Part shown: positions 29,780 through 39,679 of the stretch, in pieces
Layout of the letters: each line of letters opens with the position of its first letter
How positions within the stretch are numbered: the first letter of the stretch is position 1
Source of the DNA: an uncultured Gammaproteobacteria bacterium
Lineage (GTDB): Bacteria > Pseudomonadota > Gammaproteobacteria > Arenicellales > CAJQKF01
Reading direction: 5' to 3'
Assembly (NCBI GenBank): GCA_964350265.1
Contig: CAYGJZ010000001.1
Span: 33,944 to 97,943 of the forward strand
Length of the DNA: 64,000 nt
Notes under the pieces: generated by a model
Database searches by the model: none
What the model was told of the DNA's origin: nothing
What the model saw: the letters and a program-made list of their open reading frames with translations, nothing else
Position numbers and translations under genes: made by a program

Positions 29780-30864
29780 GTGCGGCGTGCCTCGAAGTCG
29801 ATGCGCGGGTCGATGACGGTGTACATGATGTCGCCCACCAGTGTCATCAAAAGGCCAAGCAGGGAGAAGAAGTACAGCGTGCCGAAGACCACCGGGTAGT
29901 CGCGCTGGAAGGCGGCCTCGAAGCCGAGCAGTCCGAGGCCGTCGAGGGAGAAGATGATCTCGATCAGCACCGAGCCGGTGAACAGCATGCTGACGAAGGC
30001 CGCCGGGAAGCCGGCCACCACGATGAGCATGGCGTTGCGGAACACGTGGCCGTACATCACGCGGCGCTCGGACAGTCCCTTGGCGCGGGCGGTGAGCACA
30101 TACTGCTGGCCGACCTGGTCCATGAAGGAGTTCTTGGTCAGCATGGTCAAGGTGGCAAAGCCGCTGATGGTCATGGCCAGCACCGGCAGGGTGATGTGCC
30201 ACAGGTAGTCGCGGATGCGGTCGAACCAGTTCATGGTGTCCCAGTCGTCGGAAACCAGGCCGCGCAGGGGGAACCAGTCGAGGTAGCTGCCGCCGGCGAA
30301 CACCACCAGCAGGAAGACGGCGAACAGGAAGCTGGGAATGGCGGTGCCGATGACGATGATCACCGACGACCACAGGTCGAAGCGGCTGCCGTCGCGCATG
30401 GCCTTGGCAATGCCCAGCGGAATGGAGATGAGGTAGACCAGCAGCGTGGTCCACACCCCCAGCGAGATCGACACCGGCATCTTGTCCAGCACCAGGTCGA
30501 CCACCGCGCGGTCGCGGAAGAAGCTGTCGCCGAAGTCGAACACCAGGTAGTTGCCCATCATCTCGAAGAAGCGCTCGGTGAGCGGCTTGTCGAAGCCGAA
30601 GCGCTGTTCCAGCTCGGCGATGAAGGCCGGGTCGAGTCCCTGGGCGCCGCGGTAGCCGCTGCCGTCGTCCTGCTGGCGCAGGTTCTCGCCGACGTCGGTG
30701 CGGGTGACCCGCCCGGTGATGTCGGCGGCGGTGCCGGTGAGCTCGGCGATGACCTGTTCCACCGGGCCACCGGGGGCGATGTGGATGATGGCGAAGTTGA
30801 TCAGCATGATGGCGAACAACGTCGGGATCATCAGCGCCAGTCGGCGAATGATGTAGGCGCCCAT
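29776..30864 (-). CDS. yejB: ABC transporter permease YejB
   Basis: 362-aa [37 protein letters not shown] is a typical Opp/Dpp-B N-terminus. Confidence 0.9.
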   Translation of the reverse strand: MGAYIIRRLALMIPTLFAIMLINFAIIHIAPGGPVEQVIAELTGTAADITGRVTRTDVGENLRQQDDGSGYRGAQGLDPAFIAELEQRFGFDKPLTERFFEMMGNYLVFDFGDSFFRDRAVVDLVLDKMPVSISLGVWTTLLVYLISIPLGIAKAMRDGSRFDLWSSVIIVIGTAIPSFLFAVFLLVVFAGGSYLDWFPLRGLVSDDWDTMNWFDRIRDYLWHITLPVLAMTISGFATLTMLTKNSFMDQVGQQYVLTARAKGLSERRVMYGHVFRNAMLIVVAGFPAAFVSMLFTGSVLIEIIFSLDGLGLLGFEAAFQRDYPVVFGTLYFFSLLGLLMTLVGDIMYTVIDPRIDFEARRT

Positions 30865-30879
30865 GTGGCTACTCCGTGC

Positions 30880-32889
30880 TCACGACGGTGGCCCGCGGCG
30901 CAGCGCGCGTCGCGCCAGCCAGAAGCCGATGACGCCGAGCAGCGCGAGCAGGCCGAGGACACTGCTCCACGTCGGCGTGCGTTCGCCGCCGTCCTGCTCC
31001 CCGGATTCTTCCCCGGACTCCTCCACGATGTCCTGCATGACCCGCTCCAGCGCCTGCGCCTTGTCGGCATCGTACCACCACAGGCTGGTGTTCACGCCGG
31101 ACTTCACCTTCGCCTGCGGGCGGTCGTACTTGTCCCAGTAGATGACGCGGTCGGCGCGCAGGTGCCAGTTGGGAATGACATGGAAGCCCCACAGCAGCAC
31201 CCGGTCCAGGGCCCGGGTCCAGGCCACCAGTTCCTCCCGCGAGCAGGCCTCGATGACGCCCTCGATCAACTTGTCCACCACCGGGTCGGCGATGCCGGCG
31301 AAGTTGCGGCTGTCCGGCTGTTCGGCGGCCTGGCTGCTCCAGAAGATGCGCTGCTCGTTGCCCGGGGAATCCGATTGTCCCCAGACGAAGACGAACATGT
31401 CGAAGTCGAAGGCGCGCAGCCGGTTGACGTACTGGCTGGAGTCCACCACCCGGGCACTGGCGTCGATGCCGAGCCGCTTGAGGTTGCGGATGAAGGGCAG
31501 CACGATGCGCTCGAAGTCCGGGCTCACCAGCAGGAACTGGAAGCGGAACGGCCGTCCGGTCTCGCGGTGCACCAGCTGGTTGTCCACCACCTCCCAGCCG
31601 GCCTCGTCGAGCAGGGCGAAGGCGGTGCGCAGGTTGTCCCGTGGCCAGCCCGAGCCGTCGGTGGCCGGCGGCCGGTAGGGTTCGGTGAACAGGCGTGGCG
31701 GCAACTGCTCGCGGTAGGGCTCGAGGATCTGAAGTTCGCGGCCGTCGGGCAGGCCGCTCGAGGCCAGCTCGGAGTTGGAAAAGTAGCTGGTGGTGCGGCT
31801 GTACTGGCCGAAGAACAGGTTCTTGTTGGTCCAGTCGAAGTCGAAGGCATGGGCCAGCGCCTCGCGCACCTTCGGGTCGGAGAAGATCTCCCGCCGGGTG
31901 TTGTAGACGAAGGCCTGCATGCCGGTGGGCTGGCCATGGGGCACGGTTTCCATCTTCAGCCAGCCGCGCCGCGTGGCGGGCACGTCGTAGTCCAGCGCCC
32001 AGGCCTTGGCCTGGTTCTCCAGGCGCAGGTCCAGGTCGCCGGATTTGAGCGCCAGGCGGATGGCGGTGGCATCGCGGAAGTACTCGCTGCGGACGATGTC
32101 GAAATTGTTCTGGCCGCGATTGACCGGCAGGTCCTCGCCCCAGTAGTCGGCCACCCGCTCCAGCTCCACGTAGCGGCCGGCCTCGAAGCGCTTCACCCGG
32201 TAGGGCCCGCTGCCCAGCGGCGGTTCCAGGGTGGTGCGGGAAAACTCGCGGTCCTGCCAGTAGTGTTGGGGCAGGATCGGCATCTGCCCCATGATCAGCG
32301 GCATTTCCCGGTTGGTGGTGTCGGAGAAGGTGAACTTCACCCGCCTTTGGTCGAGCTTTTCCACCGACGACACGTTCTGGTACATGAAGCGGAACTGCGG
32401 CGAGCCCTCGGTGGTGAGGATGTTGAAGGAGAACACCACGTCGTCCGGGGTGATCGGCTCGCCGTCGTGCCAGCGGGCGATGTCGCGCAGGGTGAAGATC
32501 ACCCAGGAGCGGTCGGCGGGCCATTCCACCGATTCGGCGATCAGCCCGTAGAGGGTGAACGGCTCGTCCTCGTTGCCGGTGAGCAGGGTCTCCACCGAGC
32601 CGGTGCTGGCGGCGGAACCCTTGGGCAGGAAGGGATTGAAGCTGTCGAAGGTGCCGAGGGCGCCCTGGCGCAGGGAGCCGCCCTTGGGCGCATCGGGATT
32701 GACGTAGTCGAAGTGGGAAAAGCCTTCCGGGTACTTCGGTTCGCCGTGCATGGCGATGGCATGGCCCCGGTGCACGGTATCGCCGGTCTCGCCGCACTCG
32801 GCGGCCCGCACGGTGGTCATGCAAAGCGCGAGGGCGCCGGCAACGAGCAGCCGGGCGGCGGTCGGGATTCGGCCGGGAAAGATGCGCAT
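30880..32889 (-). CDS. yejA: Extracellular solute-binding protein YejA (family 5)
   Basis: 669 aa from MRIFPGRIPTAARLLVAG (signal peptide) within ORF 30880..33039. Family-5 SBP size and order match E. coli yejA-B-E-F. Confidence 0.85.
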   Translation of the reverse strand: MRIFPGRIPTAARLLVAGALALCMTTVRAAECGETGDTVHRGHAIAMHGEPKYPEGFSHFDYVNPDAPKGGSLRQGALGTFDSFNPFLPKGSAASTGSVETLLTGNEDEPFTLYGLIAESVEWPADRSWVIFTLRDIARWHDGEPITPDDVVFSFNILTTEGSPQFRFMYQNVSSVEKLDQRRVKFTFSDTTNREMPLIMGQMPILPQHYWQDREFSRTTLEPPLGSGPYRVKRFEAGRYVELERVADYWGEDLPVNRGQNNFDIVRSEYFRDATAIRLALKSGDLDLRLENQAKAWALDYDVPATRRGWLKMETVPHGQPTGMQAFVYNTRREIFSDPKVREALAHAFDFDWTNKNLFFGQYSRTTSYFSNSELASSGLPDGRELQILEPYREQLPPRLFTEPYRPPATDGSGWPRDNLRTAFALLDEAGWEVVDNQLVHRETGRPFRFQFLLVSPDFERIVLPFIRNLKRLGIDASARVVDSSQYVNRLRAFDFDMFVFVWGQSDSPGNEQRIFWSSQAAEQPDSRNFAGIADPVVDKLIEGVIEACSREELVAWTRALDRVLLWGFHVIPNWHLRADRVIYWDKYDRPQAKVKSGVNTSLWWYDADKAQALERVMQDIVEESGEESGEQDGGERTPTWSSVLGLLALLGVIGFWLARRALRRGPPS

Positions 32890-33043
32890 CGGCCGGATTA
32901 TACGCACCGGTCCGCCCCTGCATAGATGGAATTTACTCAAGATATCAAGTACAAGGCGGTATCGGGGCGCGGTCGGAATCCCCCCCTGCCACTGCCGCTT
33001 CGAGGCCGCGGGGCGGGTCCTGGTGGCGCCGGCGATCACGACT

Positions 33044-33129
33044 GGCTATCGAATTGCCGTGAACTTAGCCACGGGCTATCGTCCGATAAGACAGATCACT
33101 TTGACAGTGTTCTTTCACTCTCTCTACTC
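33044..33129 (+). promoter_or_regulatory. Conserved MSA-island promoter/operator element, copy 1 (upstream of msmA)
   Basis: GGCTATCGAA-N20-GGCTATCGTCCGATAAGACAGATCACTTTGACA (-35-like 33101-33106), then N17, then CTACTC (33124-33129). Near-identical to copy 3. Confidence 0.65.
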
Positions 33130-33253
33130 TTGCCGGACGTAATACCCGCGGCCCGATTCCGGAAATTCCGGCGTTGCCGCCGTGAATCCAGGCGGGACAC
33201 CCAGCCGTCGAGCGACCAGCGGTCGCCGACCATCACAGCGAGGAGCCAATACC

Positions 33254-34540
33254 ATGCCAACCAGAAATGCAGAAACCTGGAAGCAGGCGCCGAAGGGCCT
33301 GCGTCAGGGCGAATGGATCGATTCGCGCATCTACTCCGACCGGGAGATCTTCGAAGAAGAGCTGAACAAGGTCTGGAAGAAGTGCTGGATCGCGGTCTGC
33401 CACGAATCCGAGCTGTCCGAGCCCTACGATTTCCGCACCATGACCATCGCTCGCGAGCCGATCATCGTGGTGCGTGGCCCGGACAACAAGATCCGCGCCT
33501 TCCTCAACGTCTGTCCGCACCGCGGCAACATGATCGAGATGCGTCCTTCCGGCAACTTCAAGGAAGGCACCCCGTCGGGCAACCCCAAGCACATGACCTG
33601 CATGTTCCACGCCTGGCAGTTCGACATGAAGGGCAACTGTTCCTACATCTCGCGCGAGAAGGAAGGTTACCAGGAGCGCCTGACCCGCAAGGACGTCGGC
33701 CTGCGCAAGCTGAAGAGCGAAGTGTACTTCGGCGGTTTCGTCTGGGTCTGCCTGGACGACGAGATGGACCAGACCGTGGCCGAGTGGGGCGGCGGTGCCT
33801 TCGATTGCCTGCAAAAGGCGGTGGACGAAGAGCCGTTGGAGGTCTTCCACTACCACAAGGCCATCATTCCGTGCAATTACAAGCTGTGGCATGACACCAA
33901 CTCGGAGTTCTACCACGACTACCTGCACTACCATAACCGCATCACCGGCTTCAACGACGAGTACTTCGCGCGCAAGAACTCCGCCTACGACAACGGTCAC
34001 GTGGTAGTCGGCTCGTTCAAGGTGCGCTACGACCAGTACGAGGGCTTCCATTCCCGTGCCGATGCCTCCTTCCCGCACATGGAGGAGAATGCCTGGTACA
34101 TGATCGACATGTTCCCGGGCATCAACTTCAACCTGCGCGGTTCGGCGCTGCGTTGCGACCTGATGACGCCGCTGTCGCCCAACGAGGTGATGATCGAGTT
34201 CCGCGGTCTCGGCCTGAAGAGCGACACCCCGGAGCTGCGCAAGGCACGCATCGAGCACCACAACTCGATCTGGGGTCCGTTCGGGCGCAACCTGCACGAG
34301 GACCTGATCGCGGTCAGCGGCCAGGGCGGCACCATGGCGGAGAACGCCGAGCCGCGCCGCATCCTGCACGGCCGCCACGAGAACCACACCATCCACGACG
34401 AAGTCGGCATGCGTCACTTCTACGACGTCTGGGGCCAGATGATGGATCGCCTGCCGAGCGACCCGACCCAGCCCTACGCGCCGCCCCCCGCGGACCTCGA
34501 GCTCGAGGAGCCTGCGAAACAGGCTGCCAGCGCAGGCTGA
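33254..34540 (+). CDS. msmA: Methanesulfonate monooxygenase hydroxylase large subunit (Rieske/mononuclear Fe)
   Basis: 428 aa from MPTRNAETWK (GAGGAG RBS). Rieske motif CPH-(26 residues)-CMFH, the unusual X26 spacing described for MsmA. Followed by beta subunit, Rieske ferredoxin and reductase genes. Confidence 0.85.
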   Translation: MPTRNAETWKQAPKGLRQGEWIDSRIYSDREIFEEELNKVWKKCWIAVCHESELSEPYDFRTMTIAREPIIVVRGPDNKIRAFLNVCPHRGNMIEMRPSGNFKEGTPSGNPKHMTCMFHAWQFDMKGNCSYISREKEGYQERLTRKDVGLRKLKSEVYFGGFVWVCLDDEMDQTVAEWGGGAFDCLQKAVDEEPLEVFHYHKAIIPCNYKLWHDTNSEFYHDYLHYHNRITGFNDEYFARKNSAYDNGHVVVGSFKVRYDQYEGFHSRADASFPHMEENAWYMIDMFPGINFNLRGSALRCDLMTPLSPNEVMIEFRGLGLKSDTPELRKARIEHHNSIWGPFGRNLHEDLIAVSGQGGTMAENAEPRRILHGRHENHTIHDEVGMRHFYDVWGQMMDRLPSDPTQPYAPPPADLELEEPAKQAASAG

Positions 34541-34620
34541 GTGGCCCTTCCCGGCGGCGACCCGAGCGGTCGCCGCCGACCGATGCTGTTGATCGAAAAC
34601 CTGTCGAGTTCAAGAACACC

Positions 34621-35121
34621 ATGAGTAACGAAAAACGCACGGCCGCCGTGGAGGCCGTCAAGGACACCATCTACCGCGCCTGCCTGCACCTGGACGACGA
34701 AAAGTGGAGCGACTGGCTGGACCAGTGTGACCAGGACTTCACCTATGCCATCTGCGCCTACAGCCCGGAAATCCGCACCGACATGACCTACCTGTCCGGC
34801 GACCGCGAGGAAATGGTGTCGTTGACGGAGATGCTGCCCAAGCACAACACCGACCAGTCGCCGCTGAGCCGTCATGCCACCGTCTACGCGGTGGACGTCA
34901 GCGAGGACGGCACCGAGGCCAGCGCGGTGACCACCGTGGCCATCTACCAGACCCGTCTGAACGGCAACAGCTCCCACGTCGATGCCGGTTCCACCCACCT
35001 GTTCGTCAGTGCCAAGTACTACGACAAGTTGCGACTGGTGGACGGCAAGGCCAAGTTCGTCGAGCGGGTGACGCGGCTGGACACCCGCCGCCTCGACCGC
35101 GGCTCGCACTGGCCCTTGTAA
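34621..35121 (+). CDS. msmB: Methanesulfonate monooxygenase hydroxylase small (beta) subunit
   Basis: 166 aa from MSNEKRTAAVEAV (frame of ORF 34153..35121). NTF2-like ring-hydroxylating oxygenase beta-subunit pattern. Position follows msmA. Confidence 0.8.
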   Translation: MSNEKRTAAVEAVKDTIYRACLHLDDEKWSDWLDQCDQDFTYAICAYSPEIRTDMTYLSGDREEMVSLTEMLPKHNTDQSPLSRHATVYAVDVSEDGTEASAVTTVAIYQTRLNGNSSHVDAGSTHLFVSAKYYDKLRLVDGKAKFVERVTRLDTRRLDRGSHWPL

Positions 35122-35235
35122 CGACGACGCGGGGCCAAGCGCCCCGCCACGCCGTCGGGCGTCCGAGGAGGAGGCGCGTACCGGCCAACCGGGTCGGTGG
35201 CGCGCAGGAAAAAACGATAAGCGAGCCTACCCTAC

Positions 35236-35595
35236 ATGAGCTGGAAAAACGTCTGTAGCCTGAACGACCTGGAATCCAACAGCCTGCGCGAATTTGATGT
35301 CGACGGCATCAGCATCGTGCTGGCGCGCGTGGACGACCAGGTCCGTGCCATTCCCCCCGCCTGCCCGCACATGGAGGAGCCGCTGGCGCGCTCCGGCCTG
35401 TGTTCCGGCGGCATGCTCACCTGCACCAAGCACCTGTGGCAGTGGGACATCCTCACGGGCGAGGAGCGCGGCGACGCCGAGAAGCCGCTGTTGATGTACG
35501 AGACCAAGGTCGAGGACGACAACGTGCTGGTCTTCGTCGACGGCGAACTCGAGTACGAGTACGACGACGAGGATGACGAGGACGACGATGACTAG
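35236..35595 (+). CDS. msmC: Rieske-type [2Fe-2S] ferredoxin component
   Basis: 119-aa ORF. CPH-X17-CTKH Rieske motif. Poly-acidic C-terminal tail EYEYDDEDDEDDDD. Confidence 0.85.
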   Translation: MSWKNVCSLNDLESNSLREFDVDGISIVLARVDDQVRAIPPACPHMEEPLARSGLCSGGMLTCTKHLWQWDILTGEERGDAEKPLLMYETKVEDDNVLVFVDGELEYEYDDEDDEDDDD

Positions 35596-35646
35596 CGTCC
35601 ATCCCGGCGTCGGCGTTGGCCGTTGCCCGCGCGGAAGCGTGCGCGG

Positions 35647-36699
35647 ATGAGGATCGACGTCAAGGCCAAGAACGGCGAGTTTCACTTCGACTGCGAAGAA
35701 GGCGAACAGGTTCTCTATGCCGGCCTGCGCCAGGGCATCGAGCTGCCCTACGAGTGCGCCACCGGCACCTGCGGCACCTGCAAGGCCCGCGTCGGCGAAG
35801 ACCAGGGCGAACCCATCGTCAACGGCTGGGAGGAAGCCCCCGGTCGCGCCTACCTGAAGCCGAAGCGCGGCGAGTTCCTGATGTGCCAGGCCTCGGCGCG
35901 TGGCAGCTGCCGCATCGTCGTGCCGAGCAAGCTCAACGGCGCCGACGACCATGGTCGGCCCGGCTACCGCAACGGCGTCATCGGCGACCTGCGCACGCTC
36001 AACCCGGACGTGGTCGACTTCCGCGTGCGGCTCGATGCGCCGATGAGTTTCCGCGCCGGCCAGTTCGCCTGCCTGGAAACCCCGGGAGTGGAAGGCTTCC
36101 GCGCCTACTCGATGGTCAACTACGACACCAACGAGACCGACGAGCTGCACTTCGTGGTCAAGCGCAAGCCCGACGGCGCCTTCTCCAAGGCCCTGTTCGA
36201 CGGTCGCATCGACGGCGCTGCCACCCGGGTCTTCGGGCCCCTTGGCAAGGCGGTGTTCGACCCGGCGGAGAACCGCAACGTGCTGTGCATGGCCGGTGGT
36301 TCGGGCATCGCGGGGATGATGTCCATCGCCCGCCACGTCGACCACATCGACTACTGTGCCGATCACCACATGCGCATGTTCTTCGGCGTGCGCAGCGAGC
36401 GCGACACCTTCTACCTCGACGAGCTGGCGGAACTCGCCGAACGGCACGTCGACCGCATGTCGGTGTGGATCGTGCTTTCCGAAGAGGATCCGGGCGAGGC
36501 GCTGCGCGCCGCCTACCCGTCGCTGGGCTTCGACACCGGCTTCGTCCACGAGGTCATGGGTCGACGCATGCAGGGCCTGTACCAGGACTCGGTGGCCTTC
36601 GTGGCCGGGCCGCCGCCGATGGTCGACGGCGTGCTGCGGCTGCTGATCATCGACGGCCGCCTGCCGGCCTCGGACATTCGCTATGACAAGTTCTCGTAA
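35647..36699 (+). CDS. msmD: Ferredoxin-NAD(P)H reductase component (plant-type 2Fe-2S + FNR-like)
   Basis: 350 aa from MRIDVKAKNG (ORF track offers TTG at 35623). CATGTCGTCKARV cluster motif, FAD/NAD domains RAYSMVN and MAGGSGIAGMMS. Confidence 0.85.
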   Translation: MRIDVKAKNGEFHFDCEEGEQVLYAGLRQGIELPYECATGTCGTCKARVGEDQGEPIVNGWEEAPGRAYLKPKRGEFLMCQASARGSCRIVVPSKLNGADDHGRPGYRNGVIGDLRTLNPDVVDFRVRLDAPMSFRAGQFACLETPGVEGFRAYSMVNYDTNETDELHFVVKRKPDGAFSKALFDGRIDGAATRVFGPLGKAVFDPAENRNVLCMAGGSGIAGMMSIARHVDHIDYCADHHMRMFFGVRSERDTFYLDELAELAERHVDRMSVWIVLSEEDPGEALRAAYPSLGFDTGFVHEVMGRRMQGLYQDSVAFVAGPPPMVDGVLRLLIIDGRLPASDIRYDKFS

Positions 36700-36801
36700 C
36701 GCGATGGCGGCGGCTTGCACAATGAAGCAGCCTGCCGGAACATCGAACCACAACCGACGACATGACACCGGCGCTCGCGCGAAGGTATTGGAGGAACGCC
36801 G

Positions 36802-37236
36802 ATGACGGAAACCCCGAACAAGCACGAAGTCCTGGTCGATGCCGAGCTCTTTGCCGGCGTCGACCCGGCCACCATCGACCGCATTGCCGAAGTCTCCGGG
36901 TTCCGGCGCTTCGAGGAAGGCGACGTCGTCTACCAGATGGGCGATGACGCCGACCACGCCTTCGTGCTGGTCCAGGGCCGCGTGCGCTTCAGTCTCGGCG
37001 TGGGCAACCGGCCGGGCAGCGGGCATTCCATCATCACCCGCAACATGACCTACGGCTGGGCTGCGCTGATCGACGAGCGGCCGCGACGCGTGGCTACCGC
37101 CTCGTGTCTCGAGCCGACCGTGCTGCTGGCCATCGACGGTCGCAAGCTGTTGACCATTCTCGAGGACGACACCGCCTCCGGCTTCCTGGTCATGCGGCGC
37201 ATCGCCTCGATGATTGCCAGGAACTTCCTGGAGTAG
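36802..37236 (+). CDS. Stand-alone cNMP-binding-like domain protein (degenerate phosphate-binding cassette)
   Basis: 144-aa ORF with GGAGG RBS. CAP/cNMP-fold pattern GDVVYQMGD..D..FVLVQGRV...YGWAALIDERPRRVATASCL. No HTH or other output domain. Confidence 0.75.
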   Translation: MTETPNKHEVLVDAELFAGVDPATIDRIAEVSGFRRFEEGDVVYQMGDDADHAFVLVQGRVRFSLGVGNRPGSGHSIITRNMTYGWAALIDERPRRVATASCLEPTVLLAIDGRKLLTILEDDTASGFLVMRRIASMIARNFLE

Positions 37237-37260
37237 TATTCACCCGCGCACCAGCGTCAT

Positions 37261-37291
37261 GCCGCGACCCCCGGGGTCGCGGCGCATTTTT
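37261..37291 (+). terminator. Rho-independent terminator after the msmABCD-cNMP unit
   Basis: GCCGCGACCC-CCG-GGGTCGCGGC, then GCA, then TTTTT. Confidence 0.7.
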
Positions 37292-37369
37292 CCCAGGGTC
37301 GCCGCGCGCGGCCCTTGTTGACCGTTCACGAACACCGTACAACGACACCACGCAGAGGAGCGAAACCAC

Positions 37370-39043
37370 ATGGCCAAGACCGATCTTGAGATTGCCCGCG
37401 AGGCGAAGATGCAGCCGATCAACGAGATCGCGTCGAAGATCGGCATTCCCGACGATGCGCTGGCGCCCTTCGGTCGTACCAAGGCCAAGGTGTCCTTCGA
37501 CTTCATCAACACGCTGAAGGACCGCAAGGACGGCAAGCTGATCCTGGTCACGGCGATGTCGCCGACCCCGGCCGGCGAAGGCAAGACCACCACCACGGTG
37601 GGACTCGGCGATGCCCTGAACCGCATCGGCAAGAAGACCATGATGTGCCTGCGCGAGCCGAGCCTCGGCCCGTGCTTCGGCATGAAGGGCGGCGCCGCCG
37701 GCGGCGGCTATGCCCAGGTAGTGCCGATGGAAGACATCAACCTGCACTTCACCGGCGACTTCCACGCCATCACCTCGGCCCACAACCTGCTGTCGGCGAT
37801 GATCGACAACCATGTCTACTGGGGCAACGAGCTCGGCTTCGACCTGCGTCGCATCTCCTGGCGCCGCGTGGTCGACATCAACGACCGCTCGCTGCGTTCC
37901 ATCGCCAGCGGCCTGGGCGGCGTCAGCAACGGCTTCGTGCGCGAGACCGGCTACGACATCACCGTCGCCTCGGAGATCATGGCCATCTTCTGCCTGGCGC
38001 GCGACCTGGATGATCTCAGCGAGCGGCTCGGCAACATCATCGTCGGCTACACCCGGGACCGCGAAGCCATCTATGCCCGCCAGGTGAAAGCCCCGGGCGC
38101 GATGACCGCGTTGCTGCGCGACGCGCTGTCGCCGAACCTGGTGCAGACGCTGGAGAACAACCCGGTGTTCATCCACGGCGGTCCCTTCGCCAACATCGCC
38201 CATGGCTGCAACTCGGTGATCGCCACCACCACCGCGCTCAAGCTGGCCGACTACGTGGTCACCGAGGCCGGCTTCGGCGCCGACCTCGGGGCCGAGAAGT
38301 TCTTCGACATCAAGTGCCGCAAGGCCGGCCTGAATCCCGCTGCCGCGGTCATCGTGGCCACCGTGCGTGCACTGAAGATGCACGGCGGCGTGGCCCGCGA
38401 TGCGCTGGGTGCCGAGGACATTCCGGCATTGAAGGCGGGACTGGCCAACCTTGGCCGTCACATCCGCAACGTCGGTCACTACGGCGTTCCGGTGGTGGTG
38501 GGCATCAACCGCTTCTCCGGCGATACCGACGGCGAGATCGAGGCGGTCAAGGCCTACTGCCGCGAGCTCGGCGTGGAAGCCATTTCCTGCACCCACTGGG
38601 GCGACGGTGGCGCCGGCGCCGAGGCACTGGCCGAGGCGGTGGCCAAGCTGGCCGACAGCGGCAGCGCGCAGTTCCGCACCCTGTACGACGACGACGTGCC
38701 GCTGTGGCAGAAGGCGAAGACCATCGCGCAGAAGATCTACGGCGCCGAGGACATCATCGCCGATGCCCGCGTGCGTGCGCAGTTCACCGCCTACGAGGAA
38801 GCCGGTTTCGGTTCGCTACCGATCTGCATGGCCAAGACGCAATACAGTTTCTCCACCGATCCGAAGCTGCTCGGCGCGCCGAGCGATCACGCGGTGGCCA
38901 TTCGCGAAGTGCGCCTGTCCGCCGGTGCCGGCTTCCTGGTGTGCATCTGCGGCGACATCATGACCATGCCTGGTTTGCCGCGAGTGCCCGCCGCAGACAA
39001 GATTTTCGTCGACGATAACGGCAATATCGAGGGATTGTTCTAG
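37370..39043 (+). CDS. fhs: Formate--tetrahydrofolate ligase
   Basis: 557-aa [19 protein letters not shown]-loop and full-length collinearity with the FTHFS family as recalled ([22 protein letters not shown]). Confidence 0.95.
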   Translation: MAKTDLEIAREAKMQPINEIASKIGIPDDALAPFGRTKAKVSFDFINTLKDRKDGKLILVTAMSPTPAGEGKTTTTVGLGDALNRIGKKTMMCLREPSLGPCFGMKGGAAGGGYAQVVPMEDINLHFTGDFHAITSAHNLLSAMIDNHVYWGNELGFDLRRISWRRVVDINDRSLRSIASGLGGVSNGFVRETGYDITVASEIMAIFCLARDLDDLSERLGNIIVGYTRDREAIYARQVKAPGAMTALLRDALSPNLVQTLENNPVFIHGGPFANIAHGCNSVIATTTALKLADYVVTEAGFGADLGAEKFFDIKCRKAGLNPAAAVIVATVRALKMHGGVARDALGAEDIPALKAGLANLGRHIRNVGHYGVPVVVGINRFSGDTDGEIEAVKAYCRELGVEAISCTHWGDGGAGAEALAEAVAKLADSGSAQFRTLYDDDVPLWQKAKTIAQKIYGAEDIIADARVRAQFTAYEEAGFGSLPICMAKTQYSFSTDPKLLGAPSDHAVAIREVRLSAGAGFLVCICGDIMTMPGLPRVPAADKIFVDDNGNIEGLF

Positions 39044-39103
39044 CCGTTCCACAGTGTGAAAACGGGCCCCGGCAGGGGACGATGGCGGGCGATGTAACAC
39101 CTT

Positions 39104-39175
39104 ACAAGTGATAGCCCGCCCCTATCGTTTCATTCGTTCAAATGACTTTACAAATCGAAGTCAGTCCGCTGAGAT
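39104..39175 (+). promoter_or_regulatory. Conserved MSA-island element, copy 4 (degenerate; far upstream of msmE)
   Basis: GATAGCCCGCCCCTATCGTTTCATTCGTTCAAATGACTTTACA (-35-like TTTACA 39147-39152), then N17, then TGAGAT. Shares the CTATCGT...A.AT.ACTTT.AC frame with copies 1-3, but weaker. Confidence 0.4.
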
Positions 39176-39679
39176 AGATGCAGGTCGGAGGCCGGTAACG
39201 ATGACGTTACCGGTTCGCCGAAACACCGTGAATCACGGTGTTTTCGCAGCGACAAGCAGAACCGGCCCTGGGGTGACACCCTGGCGAGAACAAGTCGCGA
39301 ACACCCTGGCCCGGTCCGCCGCGCCAGGCGGGGTTACGCGACCCGCCGCGACACCCGGCAGCATGTGCGACCCGGCTGCCAGTTGCCAACGGCAACTCGA
39401 CACGGCGCGAATGACAGGAGGAAACATGACGCGTAACCCCAGCTACGCGCAACGACGTGCGCAGCCGGCCACCCCGGCCCGAACAGGACAGAGCCATGCT
39501 CATGCCCTGTCTCGCGCCTGCGCCCTCTCGGTTTCCCGTTCGATTTACCAAGCTCATACTCCGGCCATGACAGCTCACCTGCCTTGCCCGGTGCCCTGAG
39601 TGAGGCCGCCCGGTGCCCATGCGGGCAACCGGTGATGCCTTAGCTACCCAAGAAGTTTGACCACGATAAGGAGGAAGCC

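Noticed and set aside
36802-37236. Interpreting the stand-alone cNMP-domain protein as a Crp/Fnr-type cAMP-responsive transcription factor that binds the shared element.
   Set aside because: The protein is only 144 aa with no HTH. Its phosphate-binding cassette lacks the Glu and Ser/Thr needed for cyclic nucleotide binding.
39108-39620. ORFs 39108..39599 (+, 163 aa) and 39207..39620 (-, 137 aa) in the fhs-msmE gap.
   Set aside because: No recognisable domain and odd composition. The + ORF starts inside the putative promoter element. The region is treated as a non-coding leader; only the SD-preceded 57-codon tail is kept as a low-confidence sORF candidate in the findings.
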